Shown piece by piece: positions 58,468 to 64,000 of a stretch of DNA of 64,000 nucleotides (position 1 is the stretch's first letter; every line of letters begins with the position of its first letter). A model generated the notes under the pieces. That model worked only from the letters and a program-made list of their open reading frames with translations. It did not search any database and was not told where the DNA came from. The stretch is from assembly GCA_028282585.1 (NCBI GenBank), contig JANQHR010000021.1, positions 19,905 through 83,904 of the forward strand, given 5' to 3'. The translations under genes were made by a program, and so were the position numbers. The stretch comes from Bacteroidales bacterium (GTDB lineage: Bacteria; Bacteroidota; Bacteroidia; Bacteroidales; UBA12077).

Positions 58468-59277
58468 TTAAAAAGGATTGTTTTTTTCAAGAATTTTCAT
58501 AGTTGTTTCATAACCAGTGTCAAATATTTCTTTTCCTTTTGATAAACCTAAAATGCCATAATTTATTAACTTTTCTGGTTCTATAAATAAATCGCATCGA
58601 GCTTTTTTCGCTTTTATATTAGCCCCGATAGCTAATTGAAATGTACGTTCTGCTATTTTTATTATATTGTCCAGTTCATTTGTTTTTCCAAGCGGATTTA
58701 CATGCGAAGCTATTAATTTCTCACAATTACTTTGTATTGGATCAATAGGAAGATTATCAAATATTCCTCCATCAACATACGTATTTCCATTTATTAAAAC
58801 AGGTTTAAAAACTACTGGAACACTTGCTGAAGCTATAACTTTTTCAATTATGTCTCCTGAATTGAAATATTGAATAATACCATCGTTTAAGTTAGACGTT
58901 GCTACGTATAGTGATTTTTTAAGATCTTCAAAACGTTCAGCTTTAATGTTTTCTTCAAGAATTTTTTTAACCTTTTGCATAGATAAAAGACCTTTTCGAG
59001 GAAATGATATTTGGGCAAACGTGAATAAATTTGTATCCTCGAATATTTCATAGGCATCATCAGGAGTATAACCATCAGCGTAAAATAATCCGGCCAACGC
59101 TCCAGCGCTGGTACCAGATATTATATCAGGAAAAATTTGATTTTCGTTTAGTGCTTTTAATACTCCAAGGTGTGCTAAACCTCGGACACCACCACCGCTT
59201 AAAGCAATGCCAACTTTGTAATTTTTTTTCGTTTTGTACTTTAAAATTTTGGTTATAAAACCCATATAAATTATCAA
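58468..59277 (-). CDS. Patatin-like phospholipase
   Basis: LSGGGVRG, GTSAG, DGG. Confidence 0.95.
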   Translation of the reverse strand: MIIYMGFITKILKYKTKKNYKVGIALSGGGVRGLAHLGVLKALNENQIFPDIISGTSAGALAGLFYADGYTPDDAYEIFEDTNLFTFAQISFPRKGLLSMQKVKKILEENIKAERFEDLKKSLYVATSNLNDGIIQYFNSGDIIEKVIASASVPVVFKPVLINGNTYVDGGIFDNLPIDPIQSNCEKLIASHVNPLGKTNELDNIIKIAERTFQLAIGANIKAKKARCDLFIEPEKLINYGILGLSKGKEIFDTGYETTMKILEKNNPF

Positions 59278-59400
59278 TTTAAGAGTAAAAAGAACGAAAT
59301 TTAAATAATAATTGTGGTTCGAAGCTATAATATTTAAACTAATTCACATATTTTCGTTAAACTTCACTAATTTTGAGCACTTAAAATAAATAGAAAGAAG

Positions 59401-59736
59401 ATGAGTTCAACAAGGCAAAATAAGATAGAAAGATTATTACAGAGGGATTTAGGAGATATTTTCCAAAAAGGAACAGCTAGTTTATTTCGTGGTAAAATGA
59501 TTACTGTTACAACAGTAAGAGTTTCACCCGATTTATCAAACGCCAAGGTTTATTTAAGCTTATTTCCTGTTGAAAATAAAAAAGAATTTATAGATTACAT
59601 AAATGGAATGGAGGGGCAAATTCGTTTTGATCTTGGGAAACGAGTTCGACACCAGTTAAGAAAAGTTCCTGAACTAACTTTTTTCCTTGACGATTCTCTT
59701 GATTATATTGATAACATTGATAATCTTTTAAAATAA
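59401..59736 (+). CDS. rbfA: Ribosome-binding factor A
   Basis: VRVSPDLSNAKVY, LRKVPELTFFLDDS. Confidence 0.97.
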   Translation: MSSTRQNKIERLLQRDLGDIFQKGTASLFRGKMITVTTVRVSPDLSNAKVYLSLFPVENKKEFIDYINGMEGQIRFDLGKRVRHQLRKVPELTFFLDDSLDYIDNIDNLLK

Positions 59737-59779
59737 ATTTTGAACCGCAAGATAGTTAATTACTAAAAATTAAGAGTTA

Positions 59780-60589
59780 ATGAAATACGATCCGATCAAA
59801 AGAAGCTTGGGAGTAGTTTTTAATAAGAGACCTTTTTTACGAAAAATATTTTATCAACTTCTTGATTTACTATTGTTAAGAGCATGGCACATAAAAAAAG
59901 CGATTCGAAAATGGAAAGTAAATTATAAAAATGATACATCTATTTTGGATGCCGGTTCCGGATTTGGACAATATACATATCATTTATCAAAGCAATCAAA
60001 GAGCTGGAAAATACTAGGAGTTGACGTTAAAAAAGAGCAAATAGAGGATTGTAATAATTTCTTTTCAAAAATAGGAAGAACAGAACAGGTGAAATTTGAA
60101 TATGCTGATCTTACTAAATTTATAAAACCTCAAGAATACGATTTAATTTTAAGTGTTGATGTAATGGAACACATTTTGGAGGATGTTACTGTATTTAAAA
60201 ATTTTCATCAATCTTTAAAGGAAAATGGTATGGTATTAATTTCTACACCATCAGATCAAGGTGGCTCTGACGTTCATGATGAAGATGATCATTCATTTAT
60301 CGATGAGCATGTTCGAGATGGTTATAATATACAGGAAATTGAGGAAAAATTGAGAAGTGCAGGGTTTTCTGATGTGGAGACTCAATATTCATATGGAGTA
60401 CCAGGTAAAATATCCTGGAAACTTTCTATGAAGTATCCTATTTTAATGATCAATGCAAGCAAGCTGTTTTTTATACTTTTACCTATATATTATATTGTAG
60501 TTTATCCATTTGCGTTTTTATTGAATTATTTTGACGTGAACACTAAACACAAAACAGGCACGGGATTAATAGTTAAAGCATATAAATAA
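59780..60589 (+). CDS. Class I SAM-dependent methyltransferase
   Basis: ILDAGSGFG, DVMEHI..D, LKENG..LISTP. Confidence 0.9.
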   Translation: MKYDPIKRSLGVVFNKRPFLRKIFYQLLDLLLLRAWHIKKAIRKWKVNYKNDTSILDAGSGFGQYTYHLSKQSKSWKILGVDVKKEQIEDCNNFFSKIGRTEQVKFEYADLTKFIKPQEYDLILSVDVMEHILEDVTVFKNFHQSLKENGMVLISTPSDQGGSDVHDEDDHSFIDEHVRDGYNIQEIEEKLRSAGFSDVETQYSYGVPGKISWKLSMKYPILMINASKLFFILLPIYYIVVYPFAFLLNYFDVNTKHKTGTGLIVKAYK

Positions 60590-60592
60590 ACA

Positions 60593-61825
60593 TTGAATTT
60601 CCCATTTTACATATCAAAAAGATATTTGATTGCTAAAAAATCAAAGAATGTAATTAATATAGTTTCATTGATTTCTGTAATTGGTGTAACCGTTGGCACC
60701 GCTGCCCTGATAATAGTTTTATCAGCATTTAATGGTTTAGATAACCTTTTGAAATCCATGAACGATTCCTTCGATCCGGACTTAAAAATAGTACCGGCAA
60801 AAGGAAAAGTTTTTTCTGCAAATGATCCGGTGCTTAAGAGAGTAAAAAATCATGAATCGATTTTTGATATTGCTGAAACGTTGGAAGAAAATGCTTTGTT
60901 AAAATATGATGATCAACAATATATAGCAACAGTTAAAGGAGTGAGTTCGAATTTTGCAAATATTTCGGGAGTTGATACAATGTTATATGTTGGAGAATTT
61001 ATTTTGGAACACAACAATCAATCTTATGCGATAGTTGGTCAGGGAGTTGCATATTATCTTTCACTTAACATAAATTATATTGATCCAATCGTAATTTATG
61101 TACTTAAACAAGATGCTAAAATAAATATGAATCCTGAAAGTGCTATTAACAGGGATTATATTTTTCCTTCGGCGGTTTTTGCAATTCAGCAGGAGTTTGA
61201 TTTAAAGTACATATTGGTACCGTTGGATTATGCTCAAGAACTATTTGAATATGACGATAAATTAAGTGCGTTAGAACTAAAGATAAATAAAGGATATAAT
61301 ATTGATAAAGTTCAAGCAGAATTTCAAGAAATCTTAGGAAAAGATTATCTGGTTAAAAACCGTTATCAATTACATGAGGCTTTTTATAAAATCATGAAAT
61401 CGGAAAAGTTCTATATATATCTAATACTCACATTTATACTTATAGTAGCTTCCTTTAATATAATAGGGTCACTAACCATGCTGATAATTGATAAGAAAGA
61501 AGATATAGCAACATTTAGAAGTTTAGGAGCAAATTTGGGAACAATTCGTAAAATATTTTTAACGGAAGGTTGGATGATTACTATAGTTGGAGCCGTTTTC
61601 GGATTAATTATCGGTTTCATTATTTGTTGGGTTCAAATGGAGTTTGAACTAATTAAGTTAAAAGGTTCAGCATCTTTTATTGTTGATGCTTATCCAATAA
61701 AGATTGTTTGGACCGATTTTATTATCATTTTTCTTACAGTTGTGTCAATAGGTTATTTTGCAGCTTGGTACCCGGTACGCTACATTACTAAACGCTTTGT
61801 TATTCAGGAGCTTGAAAGCGCCTAG
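60593..61825 (+). CDS. LolC/E (FtsX-like) ABC permease
   Basis: ISKRYL, VLSAFNG, FNIIGSLTMLIIDKK.DI, IFLTEG. Confidence 0.88.
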   Translation: MNFPFYISKRYLIAKKSKNVINIVSLISVIGVTVGTAALIIVLSAFNGLDNLLKSMNDSFDPDLKIVPAKGKVFSANDPVLKRVKNHESIFDIAETLEENALLKYDDQQYIATVKGVSSNFANISGVDTMLYVGEFILEHNNQSYAIVGQGVAYYLSLNINYIDPIVIYVLKQDAKINMNPESAINRDYIFPSAVFAIQQEFDLKYILVPLDYAQELFEYDDKLSALELKINKGYNIDKVQAEFQEILGKDYLVKNRYQLHEAFYKIMKSEKFYIYLILTFILIVASFNIIGSLTMLIIDKKEDIATFRSLGANLGTIRKIFLTEGWMITIVGAVFGLIIGFIICWVQMEFELIKLKGSASFIVDAYPIKIVWTDFIIIFLTVVSIGYFAAWYPVRYITKRFVIQELESA

Positions 61826-62027
61826 TGCTTCCTTTTTGTAACATGCTATATCCCAAGTTATTAACACATAGCTTTTTTTGCTTAAAATCGATTTATCCAG
61901 ATGTTAATAAAAAAACAACTCTTTAAAGCTTTAGTAACAATATTTTTGAAACAAAAATACTAGCCAGGCGTAAAAAATTATTAACATTGCAAGTATTTTA
62001 TTAACATTTGGCCAAAAACTTACACCT

Positions 62028-64000
62028 ATGTCGACAAATTTGAGACATTTATTTTTTTTATTTCTGACCTTATTTATAGTTGGAATAACAACCAATAACG
62101 GTATTGCCCAGGAAAGATATTGGGTAAATGGTTCCGGATCATGGAATGATTCAAATCATTGGGCGCTAAGCTCCGGTGGTAAACCTGGGGCGTCGGTTCC
62201 TACTTCAAAAACTGATGTAATATTTGATGATAATTCATTCAGTGCATATGGTCAGTATATAGAAATTAAAGATAAAGTAGAGTGTAATAATTTTAAATGG
62301 CAGATAAAAAAATACAACCCATCTTTAAAAAGCAAATCATTTCTTATAAAATCTTTAACTAAGGCTCAAATTGTAATAAATGGCGATCTGATTATACATA
62401 ATAAAATACAAGATAAGTTTTATGGTGATTTTATTTTGAATGGTAATGAAAATGCTGTACTAAATATTAAACCCGAAATAAATGGAAATATTATATTAGA
62501 AAAGGAAGGGGACGTTACTTTATTAACTAATTTAAAAACAAACGGACAAATTGTTCATAACAAAGGATACTTTAATTTAAACAAAAAGAGCATTGAAAGT
62601 TACTCATTTTCTAGTTCAAGTAGCGAACCTAGAAGATTAGATTATAGCGATGCAAAGATTATTACAAATAATGTAGATTTTTCCAACACCAGAAATTTGG
62701 TATTTCCAACTGAACCACTAAACATAGAAGTTAAAGATAGTTATAGTAGTAAAAATTTCGAATTAGGAAGTATCCCTGTAAATTTAAAGAAATCAGGGGC
62801 AAAGGCTGCTTCTTTGGCAATTGAAAGTATTGTTCCAAATGATGCGGTTTGTTACGGAGATACTGGTAGCTTATATATTTCGGTTTCCGGTGGTGTTAAG
62901 GATTATACCTATACCTTATATGATTATAATACTCCTCCAACTAGAATATTTCTTACGGATTTTACTACTTCTGATACCACACATAGGTTTCAAAATTTAT
63001 TGGCAGGTGACTATGTAATAAGAGTAGAAGATTCAGGAGTTGATTTAATACAACAGGGACCATATACAGTTGATGAACCTGGTGAGTTTTTTGCAGGCAC
63101 TATATTTGTAAACCAAGGATTATCATGTTATGATGCTAGTGATGCTGAGTTGGAAGCTAATCCTACCGGTGGAACCGGGCCATATTCTTATCAATGGTAT
63201 AAAGCAGAAAAAGTTACTGATCCATTTACTCCCGTTCTTGGAGAAAACTCAAAGATAATTAGTGGAATATCAAAAGGTTTTTATCGTGTTTGGATTAAAG
63301 ATGCATATAGTTGTAAAGATTCACTTTCGGCTGCATGGTATTTAGAAAGAGGATATGACGATGTTAATGTTCCAGATTCGATTAGTTTTGATAGTTATAG
63401 CTCTACAAATTCATGTGCTGGATCGGATAATGGTACAATTACCATAGAAGCTTCCGGTGGAACAGGAGATATCGATTATTATTTAATTCGACAAAGTGAC
63501 GCATTGGTAATCCCAGCAGGCCCTCCTTACGATGAGGATGGAATATTTACAGGATTACAACCTGATACTTATGAAACCTATGCGATAGATGAAAATGATT
63601 GCGTAAAACAAGGTAATGATATTGTTATTGCAAGTGATCCCAGCCCGGTAGCCGATGCCGGTTCCGATGCTAATATCTGCGAGACGAGCTTTTACACCGT
63701 TAATGATGCATCAGTCAACAATGGCAATGGTACCTACTTATGGACCCATAATGGTACAGGAGTATTAACCAATGGAACAACATTAACCCCGACTTATACA
63801 GCAGCAGCAGGTGATGCGGGCAATACAGTAACATTAACCTTAACTGCAGATGGAATAGGTAATTGCCCACAGGATATTGACCAGATGGATATAACGGTTG
63901 TAGCCGCAGTGGTAGCCGATGCCGGCTCCGATGCTGATATCTGTGAGACAAGTTTTTACACCGTTAACGATGCTTCAGTCAACAATGGCAATGGCACATA
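62028..64000 (+). CDS. Large secreted SprB-repeat/Ig-like adhesin; 3' end runs off the window
   Basis: Not in ORF track. Translated from ATG 62028: signal peptide, RYWVNGSGSWNDSNHW..SGG..GASVP, SprB-like CY...GG..PYSYQW repeats, then ADAGSD.ICE repeats in the same frame. Confidence 0.85.
   Translation, partial: MSTNLRHLFFLFLTLFIVGITTNNGIAQERYWVNGSGSWNDSNHWALSSGGKPGASVPTSKTDVIFDDNSFSAYGQYIEIKDKVECNNFKWQIKKYNPSLKSKSFLIKSLTKAQIVINGDLIIHNKIQDKFYGDFILNGNENAVLNIKPEINGNIILEKEGDVTLLTNLKTNGQIVHNKGYFNLNKKSIESYSFSSSSSEPRRLDYSDAKIITNNVDFSNTRNLVFPTEPLNIEVKDSYSSKNFELGSIPVNLKKSGAKAASLAIESIVPNDAVCYGDTGSLYISVSGGVKDYTYTLYDYNTPPTRIFLTDFTTSDTTHRFQNLLAGDYVIRVEDSGVDLIQQGPYTVDEPGEFFAGTIFVNQGLSCYDASDAELEANPTGGTGPYSYQWYKAEKVTDPFTPVLGENSKIISGISKGFYRVWIKDAYSCKDSLSAAWYLERGYDDVNVPDSISFDSYSSTNSCAGSDNGTITIEASGGTGDIDYYLIRQSDALVIPAGPPYDEDGIFTGLQPDTYETYAIDENDCVKQGNDIVIASDPSPVADAGSDANICETSFYTVNDASVNNGNGTYLWTHNGTGVLTNGTTLTPTYTAAAGDAGNTVTLTLTADGIGNCPQDIDQMDITVVAAVVADAGSDADICETSFYTVNDASVNNGNGT
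63647..64000 (+). repeat. 264-bp (88-aa) tandem coding repeat
   Basis: ggtagccgatgccgg... at 63647 recurs near-identically at 63911. Confidence 0.9.

Noticed and set aside
10-63951. Short antisense or alternate-frame ORFs in the track (e.g. 10..216, 38573..38929, 62821..63018, 63715..63951)
   Set aside because: They are shadows of well-supported genes with no recognisable motifs.

Overview
AT-rich Bacteroidota (Bacteroidales-like) chromosomal window. Left to right it holds a TetR-regulated RND/TolC efflux locus, then a ~31 kb minus-strand Wzx/Wzy polysaccharide locus (upxY-wza-wzc ... wzi). That locus carries a legionaminic-acid-type pathway with two NeuB homologues and many tailoring enzymes. 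Next come metK, gldA, ispG and abgT, then an ECF-sigma/FecR locus whose STN-bearing partner is a repeat protein rather than a TonB-dependent receptor. The right end has housekeeping genes (metG, cysS, rbfA) and the 5' end of a large SprB-like adhesin. Best leads: (1) a four-helix-bundle gene between sigma and fecR, bracketed by 14/7-nt-periodic nested inverted repeats, plus a gene-less 7-nt-periodic hairpin between gldA and ispG; (2) the non-canonical signalling locus, with two exact copies of a candidate ECF promoter GGATAGAGG-N14-GTTGTCAT; (3) an ops-like element downstream of upxY. No rRNA, tRNA, CRISPR or transposase was seen. All family assignments come from motif recognition by eye, not database searches.
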